Below are positions 17,593 through 27,275 of a DNA stretch of 64,000 bases, piece by piece. The notes under the pieces were generated by a model. It was given only the letters and a program-made list of their open reading frames with translations. It did not search any database and had not been told where the DNA came from. Source of the stretch: Patescibacteria group bacterium (GTDB lineage: Bacteria > Patescibacteriota > Microgenomatia > JAMCZE01); contig JAMCZE010000007.1 of assembly GCA_023485845.1 (NCBI GenBank), forward strand, positions 11,391 to 75,390. The letters are read 5' to 3'. The position numbers were made by a program, and so were the translations under genes. How positions within the stretch are numbered: position 1 is the first letter of the stretch; every line of letters begins with the position of its first letter.

Positions 17593-18477
17593 ATGAAACT
17601 ACTTAGGAACTTTCGCCAAAAGGATTGCATTCAATTGGCTAAAATTCTTAATTCCGGCCAGTCGGTCCTTCTTCTGGCCGATCCGGGGATGGGCAAAACC
17701 ACCCTTCTGGACCTAATTTTTGATGTCCCCGGCGTTCGCCAGCAATATTTTAGAGACGAAGTAAAGCTGCTGCGTTTCAATTTGGAAGAAGGCATCCTGC
17801 CCACCCTGTCCCCGTCCGAGCAAAAAACCATTATCTTTTTCGACCATACCGAGCGATTATCTGACCCGGATAAACAAAATTTTGTCTACCAAATTAAAGC
17901 ACTTCGCGATAAGATGCGACCCAATATTAGTTTCCTTTTTGTTACAAATATCCCTCTAGATCTTCCTCCCATTAACCATTTTCTCTTAGAGAATATCTAC
18001 CACCTGCCGCCACTATCGCCCACCGACGCAAAGGACTTCTTGGAAGAGATTCTTAAAATGCGTCAAGGGAAACTTTGCCCCATGCAAAAAAAGACGATTA
18101 TTAACCAGGCCGGCGGTGTTCCCCGGTTAATTAAAAAACTGACTAATTTAACCCTGGATGGGCGCGAGTGGAATAGTGATCCTTATGTCGCCAAGTTTCT
18201 GGGAAGTTCAGAAGACGATGGGGAAATTGTTGGACCAATTAAGTTTTCCCAAAAACTTAGCAAACAGGAGTTTCTCTTGGCCAAGTTTTTAATTGAGAAA
18301 GGTGACTTTGCTAGCCGGGAAGACATGATCGAAGCGGTCTGGAAGAACAAGCAGTATGAAGTCAACGATCATGCCCTGGACCAAATGCTCCATCGCCTGC
18401 GGCAAAAACTGGCAACCGCCACTCCCAAATCAGTTCTTCTCACTTTTCGCGGCCGAGGCTGTAAGTTAACATTCTAA
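17593..18477 (+). CDS. transcriptional regulator: N-terminal P-loop ATPase fused to a C-terminal OmpR/PhoB-type winged-helix DNA-binding domain
   Basis: Walker A LLADPGMGKTTLLDL. The C-terminus SQKLSKQEFLLAKFLIEKGDFASREDMIEAVWKNKQYEVNDHALDQMLHRLRQKL matches the trans_reg_C pattern. Confidence 0.65.
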   Translation: MKLLRNFRQKDCIQLAKILNSGQSVLLLADPGMGKTTLLDLIFDVPGVRQQYFRDEVKLLRFNLEEGILPTLSPSEQKTIIFFDHTERLSDPDKQNFVYQIKALRDKMRPNISFLFVTNIPLDLPPINHFLLENIYHLPPLSPTDAKDFLEEILKMRQGKLCPMQKKTIINQAGGVPRLIKKLTNLTLDGREWNSDPYVAKFLGSSEDDGEIVGPIKFSQKLSKQEFLLAKFLIEKGDFASREDMIEAVWKNKQYEVNDHALDQMLHRLRQKLATATPKSVLLTFRGRGCKLTF

Positions 18478-19051
18478 GCCAACAATTTCCTTAAATACAC
18501 CCACTTCCCTCTCTGATCCCAAAAATTCCTTGAGACAACCATCGCCAAGACGAATAACACTGATCAGGTGGTCGCGTAATTCACCCTGCTCTAAGCCTCT
18601 AGCTGTAACAGACATTTCATTTAGTCTTGTTGCTACCTCCACGGCACCAATAATTGGTTCCCTGTTCCTAGCTTCATTCGGCTCCAACAACTCCTGTTCA
18701 GAAACAACTAAGCCCCTTTTCAAAGTGTTGGTGAAACTTAATCTCGCACTCATCTTATTATCTACTAAGAAGACTCCAAATGTTAAAAGTATCTGTCCTA
18801 GGATAGCCATCATCAACATCCCTTACCGGAAGGTTCCTTCTTTCTAGTTCGTACTCTATAGCAAGGTCAAACAGGGTCTTCTCTCCTACATCCACATTTA
18901 ACGCTGAGGCTAAAACTAATAGTCCTGGTTTCTCCAATAGGGTTGCCTTCAAACAGATTTCGCAAGAAAAATCTGGAGAAATGGCTCGGAATGGTTCTAT
19001 TGCAGGAGGACAATCAGCTACTCCAGTCTTTTCAGGAAAAGCGCACTTCAT
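18466..19051 (-). CDS. hypothetical protein(s); two overlapping minus-strand ORFs (18466-18819, 18758-19051)
   Basis: Two overlapping ORFs with no recognisable domain. Possibly one gene with a frameshift. Confidence 0.3.
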
Positions 19052-20037
19052 AGCCCCATTTTACTACGAACCTCTCTCAATGTCTCGTCGGCAATGGTTT
19101 TGGCGTAGGTTTTTCCCTCTTCCAGAATGGTCTCCACTTCGGCCGGGTGGGCCTCAAAATATTTGCGCCGCTCCTGAATGGGCGCCAGTTCTTTATAAAT
19201 CGCTTCTGCCAATTCCGCTTTTAATTCTTGGTACTTGATTCCCGATTCTTTATATTCACTCCGGTATTGTTGTGCCCGATCATGGCCTTGGAAAAGCTCC
19301 ACAAAGGTAACGAGATTTGCCGCCGGACCGGCTTCGGGAAACCTCTCCCCTTTTCCGTCATCCGTCACTGCTTTGGCCAAAATGGCTTTAATTTCCTCAA
19401 GTGTATCGGTCAAAATAATTGTGCCGCCGTTAGTTTTACTCATTTTGCCTTCACCAAACAAGGAAGGCACATATTGTCCCGGCGTTTTATAACTTTGCGG
19501 CTCCGGAAAAGTTTGGCCAAACATAGAATTGAATTTCCTTGCCATTTCTCTCGCCACCTCCATATGGGGTTCCTGATCCTGGCCAATAGGAACTAGCGGT
19601 GCTTTATAAATCAGGATGTCCGCCGCCATAAGAACAGGATAATAAAGGAGCCCCATATTAACGTAATCCGGATGCTGGGCTTTTTTCTCCTTATAGGTAG
19701 GCAAATCTTCCAGACGGGAAACCTGATAAATGGTCCCTAAATAGTAGGCCAATTCTAGGTGCTCTGCCCGCAAATCAGACTGAATGATAATGTGGCACTT
19801 TTTTGGGTCCAGCCCTGATCCCAAATAATCTAAAACAATATCTTTCACCATGGGCCGGAGAGTTTTAGTATCGTAGGGAGTGGTGATTGTATGCAAATCA
19901 ACCACGGCAAAAATACAGTCAAACTTATCCTGCAATTCCAGCATTCCTTTAATGGCCCCCAAGTAGTTGCCAATATGCGGACGGGCATTAGCCCGAATTC
20001 CAGAAAACACCCGCTTTCTGCTGCTTGACATATTCAT
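19048..20037 (-). CDS. trpS: tryptophan--tRNA ligase
   Basis: HIGNYLGAIK (HIGH region) and KMSKTNG (KMSKS) motifs. 329 aa. Confidence 0.9.
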   Translation of the reverse strand: MNMSSSRKRVFSGIRANARPHIGNYLGAIKGMLELQDKFDCIFAVVDLHTITTPYDTKTLRPMVKDIVLDYLGSGLDPKKCHIIIQSDLRAEHLELAYYLGTIYQVSRLEDLPTYKEKKAQHPDYVNMGLLYYPVLMAADILIYKAPLVPIGQDQEPHMEVAREMARKFNSMFGQTFPEPQSYKTPGQYVPSLFGEGKMSKTNGGTIILTDTLEEIKAILAKAVTDDGKGERFPEAGPAANLVTFVELFQGHDRAQQYRSEYKESGIKYQELKAELAEAIYKELAPIQERRKYFEAHPAEVETILEEGKTYAKTIADETLREVRSKMGL

Positions 20038-20056
20038 ATTTTATGCTAATATTATC

Positions 20057-20770
20057 TCACTTACCCCGTGTGCTTGCATGCGGGGTCTTTTTTATTCCTC
20101 CAAGCTCTAGAATCTTTAACTTCTTTGGCATCTCCCGTTCGCTAAGTTTAAATTTTCCAAGATAATTTAGAACAGTAGCCTTGTCAGCCATATAAGAAAT
20201 TCCCAAGGCAAATCTCGTGGGAAGAAAAATTCCATGAGTTCTAGCCCCGAATTTCTTAGCAATTTCTAGGGAATAGACGAGGTCGGCATCCCCCGTTACT
20301 ATTACCACTTGGTTACATTTTTTAAGAAAAGCGTTATAAACAAGGTCTAACGCCAGATGAACATCCACCCCTTTCTCTTTACCTGATGTCGGCGAGCGAT
20401 GGCCTTTATAAAAATATAACCCACTGATTTCTTTCACTCCTTTGTAGAATAAAGCCTCGGTTTCTAGTAGCTCCTTTTCCTTCGCACTATTATTTCGGGG
20501 CAACATATATGAGGCATAAAAGAAAATCTTATCAACTTTTTGCACTCTGTTTATGTCTTTTAAAAGATCTCTGAATCTAGGTATATCTCTCACCCCAAAT
20601 AAATCATATAGACCCATGAATAAATTTGTCCCATCAACGAATAAAAATGTCTTCATTGTCCTTTCTATATTATCATCTTTCGTCAGAGCACCAAAAAATC
20701 CCCGCCATGGGAAACTAGTTTTTTTCTGGAAAACTCCGCCATCAAGGTCTGCGGCGTCCCAAAACCCCAA
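20057..20770 (-). CDS. NYN-domain (LabA-like, PIN-related) protein
   Basis: FVDGTNL...GVDVHLALD...VTGDADLV motif series of the NYN/LabA family. The likely true start is the internal MKTFLFVDG. Confidence 0.7.
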   Translation of the reverse strand: MGFWDAADLDGGVFQKKTSFPWRGFFGALTKDDNIERTMKTFLFVDGTNLFMGLYDLFGVRDIPRFRDLLKDINRVQKVDKIFFYASYMLPRNNSAKEKELLETEALFYKGVKEISGLYFYKGHRSPTSGKEKGVDVHLALDLVYNAFLKKCNQVVIVTGDADLVYSLEIAKKFGARTHGIFLPTRFALGISYMADKATVLNYLGKFKLSEREMPKKLKILELGGIKKTPHASTRGK

Positions 20771-21068
20771 AAATGCTTGCCGGTAACTTGCTTCTCCGTT
20801 CCTGTTGTCTCCGTTGCTCCTCTTTCAATTCCTTCTCGGTCAAGATATGAATCTCTTTGCCGGCCCTGCGCGCCGCGTCAATCTGCTCTTGAGAAACCAC
20901 TGACGAAATGTCAACCTCACCATTGGACTTTTTTGGGAGTCTCTTGATAGCTTCATCGCTGGCCTTCACAAGCGGCCGACCTGGTATTTTGCTAACTCTT
21001 TCGCCCATACTCTTATTTTCAATATATCTAACTCCAGTATTATACCATTTCAAGACTCCATAAGCCAC
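20742..21068 (-). CDS. hypothetical protein
   Basis: 108-aa basic protein with no recognisable domain. Confidence 0.35.
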   Translation of the reverse strand: MAYGVLKWYNTGVRYIENKSMGERVSKIPGRPLVKASDEAIKRLPKKSNGEVDISSVVSQEQIDAARRAGKEIHILTEKELKEEQRRQQERRSKLPASIFGVLGRRRP

Positions 21069-21298
21069 CCACCTTGCCTCATTAAGCCGAATCTGTTAAA
21101 ATATATCCACAACTTAACAACGCGGGGTAGTGTACAGTTGCATGTCAGGCTAGTAGAAGTGGGCCCGTCTCGCAGGAATGCGAGAATGAAAATCCGGCTA
21201 AATCGGTGGACACCCCTGATAATTAGGGACAATACCGAGGGTAATCCGTAGAGACTACAAACCGGAGATCCAGAACGGATCATGATATAGTCCAACCC

Positions 21299-23227
21299 CT
21301 ATCGTAAGATGGGTAGGTGCATAATCTGACGGTCCGGATGCGACCTCCGGCCCCGCAACAAAGTGGGAACGGCGACCAAAAAGTCACCGCTTTTCGTTAT
21401 ATCTAGGCTCCAATCGTTGGATGCGACCATTTTTCCAATCATCGGAGCCGACTTTTTCATCTCCACAATTTTTTCAAAATAGAACGGGGCGTCAAAATTG
21501 ACCGTTTTATCTAAAAGGGTCGGATGCGAACCACACAAGCCCACAAAAATGTCCCGCTTCACCTTCGGGTCGGTGGTATTATTGAACTTCTCCCTGGCTT
21601 CCGCAGCGAAAGTAATCGCCTCAACAGTTTTATTGTTAGCCCGGATCATCCGGTCGTCAATATTCGTCAGTTGACTCTCTATATTTCTTATCTCTTCTTC
21701 CAGGGGAACTTTCCGAGACTTAAACTCTTCATCGTTTAACAAACTGCCGTCACTATTGCCCGGAGATATCTTGAGGGCCACCAGATTATCCAACCGCTTT
21801 CTGGCGTCATCGTAAGCATTCTTAGTGGCTTCTATTGTGCTTTCCCGGAAGCCTTTCTCGTCTTCGTGCATCCGGCGGATCTGTTCAATCGCCCACTCCA
21901 GAAATTTAGGATTGAGTTCAACTTCGGCAAGTCTCCGGTCAATTTGTTTCTCCAGTTGCTTCTCACTAACGCTTAGTTCCTTGCAGGAAGTGTCAGTGTG
22001 CCGGTGGCAACGATGATAAATATAATGGGAAATTCTTGACTGGGGCATTTCGGCAATAAGTAGGCTGCACTGGGGACAGCGATCTGGGTTCTTGCGGGTG
22101 AGCTGGAATTTCTTCCGGCACCGGGAACAAATAACCTGCCATTTGCCATCAATAACTACTCCTGACCCACAATTCCCACATCGCAGGGTGTGGCCATAGG
22201 CATAGTTGTGGCTGGTTGTTTTCTGACTGACATTGCCAAGTTTGACCTGGACTTGATTAAAAACCTCCTCGCTGATGACCCTCTCCAGTCCGGGGTTGTT
22301 GTTGTGCCATTTGCCGCTGTCCACCGGATATTCAAACCGGCCGCAGTAGAACGGATTATTCAAAATCCGGTAAATCTCACTCTCTGAAAGCAAGTGCCCG
22401 CCGATTCGCTTATGCTGACGGGTCATCAAATGCCACTCCTTGCAAGCTGTCCGGTGGATTGCCCGGACGGAGTTGCCGGCCAGAAAAAGTTCAAAGATTT
22501 TTTTAACAAACGGCAGCCGTTCCTGGTCAACATAGATTTTGCGAAAGCCGCTCTCTGTCCTCTTATCATTCAGATAGCCAATTGGTGCCCAGCCCGGCCG
22601 CCAGCCATCCCGACATTTTTTCTCCAATCCCCGTGACACCACAATGCTTTTATCGTCACTGTCCTTTTTAGAGAGAGAAAATTCCAACCCCAGCATAAAT
22701 TTATCCTCCGGCGTGTTGTGGTAGGTTCGTGACGGCGTGACGATTTCCAGCAGTTTGCCGCTGTCCATTAAAAAGATGATGTAGCCGCCGTCCACCGGGT
22801 TGCGGGCCAGCCGGTTAGCGTGCCAGGTGACAATGGCGTTAGCCTCACCGGACTTAATAGCTTCCACCATGCCCTTAAAAGCATCCCGCTGTTCTGGGGT
22901 GTGGGCAGACTTACTTTCCTGAAGAACATCTTTAATCTTTAGGCCCAGTTTATCTTTGAGACCATCAATAATATAAAGCTGGTCAGGCAATGACGCCGCC
23001 TGCCGCTCTTTATTATCTTCGGAGCTTTTCCGGGCGTAACCTATGTATTTGAGAGCAACTTGTGTGTTCATAAATAATGCCCCCACTGGTGTGCTCAAGT
23101 CGGTGAAGACTTGTCCAATGAGGGCATTAAAAATCTCCACCACTTCACTTGAGCACGATTCCATTTTTCTCTCTTTTGCCGTTCTTGTCAATATCCGGGA
23201 GGTTATCGCCATAAACTGCCTTAACAA
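21299..23227 (-). CDS. large serine recombinase (resolvase/invertase catalytic domain + recombinase domain + zinc ribbon + coiled coil)
   Basis: YIGYARKSSEDN catalytic-serine region. Cys-rich zinc ribbon CGNCGSG...CSRCRKKF...CPQC. C-terminal coiled coil. The likely true start is the internal MNTQVALKYIGY. Confidence 0.8.
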   Translation of the reverse strand: MLRQFMAITSRILTRTAKERKMESCSSEVVEIFNALIGQVFTDLSTPVGALFMNTQVALKYIGYARKSSEDNKERQAASLPDQLYIIDGLKDKLGLKIKDVLQESKSAHTPEQRDAFKGMVEAIKSGEANAIVTWHANRLARNPVDGGYIIFLMDSGKLLEIVTPSRTYHNTPEDKFMLGLEFSLSKKDSDDKSIVVSRGLEKKCRDGWRPGWAPIGYLNDKRTESGFRKIYVDQERLPFVKKIFELFLAGNSVRAIHRTACKEWHLMTRQHKRIGGHLLSESEIYRILNNPFYCGRFEYPVDSGKWHNNNPGLERVISEEVFNQVQVKLGNVSQKTTSHNYAYGHTLRCGNCGSGVVIDGKWQVICSRCRKKFQLTRKNPDRCPQCSLLIAEMPQSRISHYIYHRCHRHTDTSCKELSVSEKQLEKQIDRRLAEVELNPKFLEWAIEQIRRMHEDEKGFRESTIEATKNAYDDARKRLDNLVALKISPGNSDGSLLNDEEFKSRKVPLEEEIRNIESQLTNIDDRMIRANNKTVEAITFAAEAREKFNNTTDPKVKRDIFVGLCGSHPTLLDKTVNFDAPFYFEKIVEMKKSAPMIGKMVASNDWSLDITKSGDFLVAVPTLLRGRRSHPDRQIMHLPILR

Positions 23228-23336
23228 GGGTCACCAGTTTATTCCCAAATTCTTCAGCTATTTGGTCGGTTAGATTCACGCCATACTCCTGCTTATAAAG
23301 CGTCTTAAACTGCTCCAGAGCTTCCTTGCTAAGCAT
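23145..23336 (-). CDS. hypothetical small protein
   Basis: 63-aa ORF directly upstream of the recombinase. Confidence 0.3.
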   Translation of the reverse strand: MLSKEALEQFKTLYKQEYGVNLTDQIAEEFGNKLVTLVKAVYGDNLPDIDKNGKREKNGIVLK

Positions 23337-23901
23337 GGGCCCCCTCTTTCTTGATTTTCGCCCGTCTTTGCCGTTTTTTCAGAAGAAAAGTGAAAAAGTC
23401 CGCTGGTGTTTGACCTGCCCATTTACCTAGTAGTAACGAGCGGTATATTTCCGCTATGGTACGAATTATCGGTCTAGGAGTATAATTTTGTGCACACCAA
23501 AGCCAGTGGCCTTCTTTCCTGGGATCACCAAAAGTCTTCTGTAAAATCTCGGCAATTTCATAGCGGGAAGATTTATAATCTAGCTTTACCAGTTGCTCAA
23601 TAGCTGAATGGAGACTGTCAGCTAGCTTGTCGTTTACTTTAAGATAACAAGCACTACTAGAACTGCTTCTAAGACTAGCTTCTCCTTCTGTGGCTGGAGG
23701 ATTCTTTGTTTCATTGTGTTCAATAACCGGCGCGCTTTCGGCAACAGCTTCACAAGCGAGGAGTTGGTCTTCCAATGAGAGTCCGGAATCTGAATTGTAT
23801 CTTGCACCGTAACTCTCAATTTTTCGAACTATTTCTATTGATTCTGCCTGATTGTAGTATTTGTTTGTCATAAAAACTCCCGTCTTGGGTGTTGAATCCA
23901 A
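23329..23901 (-). CDS. hypothetical protein
   Basis: ~180-aa ORF. The start is probably the Met at 23871, because the track start lies inside a hairpin. Confidence 0.4.
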   Translation of the reverse strand: MDSTPKTGVFMTNKYYNQAESIEIVRKIESYGARYNSDSGLSLEDQLLACEAVAESAPVIEHNETKNPPATEGEASLRSSSSSACYLKVNDKLADSLHSAIEQLVKLDYKSSRYEIAEILQKTFGDPRKEGHWLWCAQNYTPRPIIRTIAEIYRSLLLGKWAGQTPADFFTFLLKKRQRRAKIKKEGAHA

Positions 23902-23930
23902 CGGGAGTTTTTATCAACACCCAATTGTCC

Positions 23931-23966
23931 CAAAAAAAAAAGCCCCACTGTCTTCACAGCAGGGCT
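23931..23966 (-). terminator. rho-independent terminator-like hairpin followed by a U-run on the minus strand
   Basis: A10 run followed by the imperfect inverted repeat gccccactg...cagcagggc on the plus strand. On the minus strand this reads as a hairpin plus U10, downstream of the 24903-24121 gene pair. Confidence 0.4.
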
Positions 23967-24120
23967 CGTCTGCACGAGTTGTCCTAATGTCAGAATAGCA
24001 TTATAGAATTTAGCTTGTCAAGAGGCTCTTAACCTGTAATGGTTCATTACAGGTAATGCTGTGTAAATGAATTGAGTTTAGGCCGTCGTAATAATGTAAC
24101 AAGGGTATTTTCTCAGATCC

Positions 24121-24468
24121 TCATTTTTGAAGAACCCCTCTTGCTTCCTCTAAAATTTGCCCGGCGTTGTCGTTCACGCTAGTCAGTTTAGTTTGCAATT
24201 GAATTTTGTCATTATTGAGACCTTGAAGCTGGCTAGCTGCATTTTTAACATCGCACGCCTGGAAGTTGGTAACACATTTTGAGGTGATGTCATAGGCTGC
24301 CGAACAATTCTGGACTAATTCATTTGATGCCTGGAGCCCGGCGAAACAATTATCTGCCATTTTGGCTGCCACCGATTTTATAGCCCGTATTTGGCCCTGT
24401 TGGATGGCATACATGACCACCACACCGAGAAGGAAGAAAATTATCGCAACAATGGCGGATTTACGCAT
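24121..24468 (-). CDS. secreted/membrane-anchored hypothetical protein
   Basis: N-terminal hydrophobic anchor followed by a Cys-containing soluble region. 115 aa. Confidence 0.45.
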   Translation of the reverse strand: MRKSAIVAIIFFLLGVVVMYAIQQGQIRAIKSVAAKMADNCFAGLQASNELVQNCSAAYDITSKCVTNFQACDVKNAASQLQGLNNDKIQLQTKLTSVNDNAGQILEEARGVLQK

Positions 24469-24474
24469 ATCGAT

Positions 24475-24903
24475 TTAACCAGATCGTGCTAATAGCTGCT
24501 GGATAATAACGATAACAGAAATAATTCCTGCAGTTCCCCACATTACAATAGCGAGGTAAAGACCCTTTCTCTGTAGGCCCAGTCGTTTTCTCGAATTATC
24601 CATTTTTGCCGCCCAGGTTGAGCGAAACCACTTCGACTTTAACCAGTTCCATATAAGGAACAAGCCAATCATTAGCAGTATCCCCGATATTTGGATTCCA
24701 TGTTGCGGCAGCAAGGCCGACCCGACGATAAATATGGCAATTAAAATCATTAGTGGCACAACTACGAGGGAAACGATAGTGAGAAGAAGTAGGCCTGGTA
24801 GTTTTAGTTGCTGACCTGTTTCTTCCAGTTTTTCAGGGTGAGTTCCAAAATAGACCCCAATCCCCACTGCTATTGCGATCGTGATAAATAAATTAAACAT
24901 CAC
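24475..24903 (-). CDS. integral membrane protein (4 predicted TM helices)
   Basis: Hydrophobic 142-aa ORF immediately upstream of 24121-24468. Confidence 0.45.
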   Translation of the reverse strand: MMFNLFITIAIAVGIGVYFGTHPEKLEETGQQLKLPGLLLLTIVSLVVVPLMILIAIFIVGSALLPQHGIQISGILLMIGLFLIWNWLKSKWFRSTWAAKMDNSRKRLGLQRKGLYLAIVMWGTAGIISVIVIIQQLLARSG

Positions 24904-25021
24904 TTTTATCCCCTATTGAATTCCTCCTTACTAACATTTTCTATAAAGATATGCGTAACTCGTGCCTTATATTTGACTATAATCAATAATTTTTCCGGTT
25001 TCAAGTAGCCATAATTCGTTC

Positions 25022-25237
25022 ATGGCCACTATTACTCAGAAATTTGGGAAGAGGATCAAACAATTAAGGAAAAAATTAGGCCTATCACAGGAAAAATTAG
25101 CGGAATTGGCCCGGTTGGATTACAGCTACCTCAATATGATAGAGGCGGGGAAGAAAAACCCATCTCTCAAAAGAATCCACAAACTCGCTCGAACATTAAA
25201 AGTTTCACTTCAAGAGCTTTTCTCCTTCGATAAATAA
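25022..25237 (+). CDS. XRE-family helix-turn-helix transcriptional regulator (Cro/CI-like)
   Basis: IKQLRKKLGLSQEKLAELARLDYSYLNMIEAGKKNPSLKRIHKLARTLKVSLQELF is a textbook HTH_XRE domain. Confidence 0.8.
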   Translation: MATITQKFGKRIKQLRKKLGLSQEKLAELARLDYSYLNMIEAGKKNPSLKRIHKLARTLKVSLQELFSFDK

Positions 25238-25319
25238 GCCCGGAATATACATGGGGTCATCCCCTTTAGGCACACAAAAGGGTGAAATTGTCCTGGAACA
25301 CCCATAAAAACTATGATGG

Positions 25320-25655
25320 TTACAGGAGGCCAAGCATTTTTGATATCGACTTCAAGACAAATAGGTGATCTGCGTTGGTAGCGTTAGGCCCGCAACCATG
25401 CTCCAGGGCCTCGGCCCATTTATTGACAATTTTTTCCAGCGTGATACCAGAATCACTAAGTTGCTTCTGGATAGCCTTCTGCACTCGTGGATTGCTATTA
25501 AGAGCGTAAACGAATCCATCCGCTGCCTTCCTGGATTTAACATGGTAGCCAGCGTCGATGACTGCCTCCCTCTTATTCCCCAACCGCACTAGGGCAGCTA
25601 CATATTTCTGCTGTTTCATTGTAAGTTGTCTCATAGACTCATTGTACACCGCCAC
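25320..25655 (-). CDS. phage terminase small subunit (Terminase_2 family)
   Basis: LTMKQQKYVAALVRLGNKREAVIDAGY... matches the conserved N-terminal DNA-binding region of small terminase subunits. 111 aa. Confidence 0.6.
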   Translation of the reverse strand: MAVYNESMRQLTMKQQKYVAALVRLGNKREAVIDAGYHVKSRKAADGFVYALNSNPRVQKAIQKQLSDSGITLEKIVNKWAEALEHGCGPNATNADHLFVLKSISKMLGLL

Positions 25656-25898
25656 AGCTACTCTATTTTACCTATGTTCGCCAGGAGGAAGATTTCCTGA
25701 AAATTTTTGCCGTATTTACGAAGGGTAATATCTTTACTTTTCTGGCATTAATAGGGTGGTATGGGGGTAAGTCTGCAAAATCCTACAGCTCGCTAGTTAT
25801 CTGTCCTATGAAGATGTAAAATTTGACTATCATGGATGATAGTCACAACAAAGATCTACGGGTAGAAGTCAAAAAGGGCTACTCGGTTCCAACGATTC

Positions 25899-26543
25899 AT
25901 GAAAAACCAAGCAACGATCAACAGTCAAAAGTTACTCGTCGAGTATTGCTTCAAGAGACTCCAGTCAATCAAAAAAAAGATGACAGAAAAAGACGAAATA
26001 ACTAGACAACGCAATAAAGACTCTGCCCAGCGAGCTGCTCTGTTTTGGATAAAATTGACTAACGAGAGGGAGTCTGAAATTGTTCGACAGCTTCTTGCCC
26101 TTGCCGCAATAATTTTGCCACTTTCTGCTTCTATTCTTCTTGCCAATATTACACTGCTACAAATAGAAAAAGTCTTGCTGATGGCTTGCTGGATTCTTTT
26201 GTTTGTCTCAATTATTGCAGGGTTTATCCAAATTATTATCGACACGCGTTACTTCTTGAAGGTGTCTAGGGATTCAAGTATCAGGGAGAGACTTTGGTCG
26301 TCTACAAACAGGTCGATTAAAGACATTGACAACGATATTGTGAAGCTGGGGGAAATACCAGGAAGTTCTGGTGATTGGAGCCTAATTATACAAGGAGTGG
26401 CGTTTTTTCTGGCAATTCTACTCCTGTTAGCCGTAGGATTTTCAATTATCACCCAGCAACACCTATCCCCAAGCACTGTCTGCCTGGAGCCTGCCAAGGC
26501 TCCATTTTTTATCTTCTGCGACAGAAACTCCGAAGGGATATAA
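25899..26543 (+). CDS. integral membrane protein, hypothetical
   Basis: Four hydrophobic segments. The start is uncertain; internal Mets are present. Confidence 0.4.
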   Translation: MKNQATINSQKLLVEYCFKRLQSIKKKMTEKDEITRQRNKDSAQRAALFWIKLTNERESEIVRQLLALAAIILPLSASILLANITLLQIEKVLLMACWILLFVSIIAGFIQIIIDTRYFLKVSRDSSIRERLWSSTNRSIKDIDNDIVKLGEIPGSSGDWSLIIQGVAFFLAILLLLAVGFSIITQQHLSPSTVCLEPAKAPFFIFCDRNSEGI

Positions 26544-26550
26544 TCTGGAT

Positions 26551-27150
26551 ATGGTGAAACCAGTCGTTCCCGCGGATTCAAGATACATCCCCCTAACGCA
26601 GCAGCCAGCCTGTTGTGTCCCAACATGTATACAGATGATCATGTACCGTCATAATATCCCCCTTATACCGGCGGAAGAGCTTGGATATCATTTGGGACTT
26701 ATCGTTCACCCTGATCGTAAACGTCTCTTTCATAACGTCCGAACATCGACCAAAAAACCCGCCGGAGGATACGGTACGCGGATTTATAAATTGGCATTTG
26801 AACCAAATACAGCGTTTAAGAAACTCGGCATTCCCTTAACATTTGCTTTGAAACCAATTACTCAATTCCGTTCAAAGGATGAATTATATCGTTATCTACA
26901 AACCATGGAAGAACGGGATAAAGATGTGCTTCTTTGTTTCCATCATGGTGCATTGGTGGATGATCCATCGAAAGATTGGGGACATTTGTGCGTCTTTGAT
27001 AGATTGGTGGAGAACAAAATACGTTTGATCGATCCCGGTTATGAAGCTCCAAAATGGAGATTGGTTTCAATGCAGAAGATGTTTGAAGCGATGAGAAAAC
27101 ACGGTGTAAAACAAGCGGCTGGTTGTTGGGAAATTGAACTATCCCATTAA
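26551..27150 (+). CDS. putative papain-like cysteine peptidase (peptidase C39-like domain)
   Basis: LTQQPACCVPTCIQMIMYRHNI provides a Gln/Cys region, and the later GHLCVFDR...IDPGY provides a His. The spacing resembles the C39 catalytic dyad. This is a weak family call. Confidence 0.4.
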   Translation: MVKPVVPADSRYIPLTQQPACCVPTCIQMIMYRHNIPLIPAEELGYHLGLIVHPDRKRLFHNVRTSTKKPAGGYGTRIYKLAFEPNTAFKKLGIPLTFALKPITQFRSKDELYRYLQTMEERDKDVLLCFHHGALVDDPSKDWGHLCVFDRLVENKIRLIDPGYEAPKWRLVSMQKMFEAMRKHGVKQAAGCWEIELSH

Positions 27151-27250
27151 ATATTGTTCAGACATTTTCTACTGTCGGAAGTGGATAGGATCAGGAAATA
27201 ATTTCTGATTTCTTTGATTCCCCGCAACCCAGGACATTAAAGAAAAAGAG

Positions 27251-27275
27251 AGTCCGCCTAAGGCGGACTTTTTCG
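27251..27275 (+). terminator. rho-independent terminator
   Basis: agtccgcc-taa-ggcggact perfect 8-bp stem followed by ttttt, 100 nt downstream of the 26551-27150 gene. Confidence 0.6.

Noticed and set aside
20045-20085. Hairpin ccccgtgtgc-ttg-catgcgggg followed by T6 on the plus strand, between the NYN-domain gene and trpS
   Set aside because: It looks like an intrinsic terminator for a plus-strand transcript, but no plus-strand gene ends upstream, and both neighbours are on the minus strand. It may be a transcriptional insulator or a chance structure, so it is not annotated as a terminator.
21085-21300. tmRNA or SRP RNA in the structured non-coding stretch next to the recombinase
   Set aside because: No tRNA-like T-arm (GGTTCGA-type) and no CCA-proximal acceptor pairing for tmRNA. 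No SRP domain IV GGAA/AGCAGC motif. Only the weaker RNase P-like blocks remain, and they are reported as a low-confidence finding.
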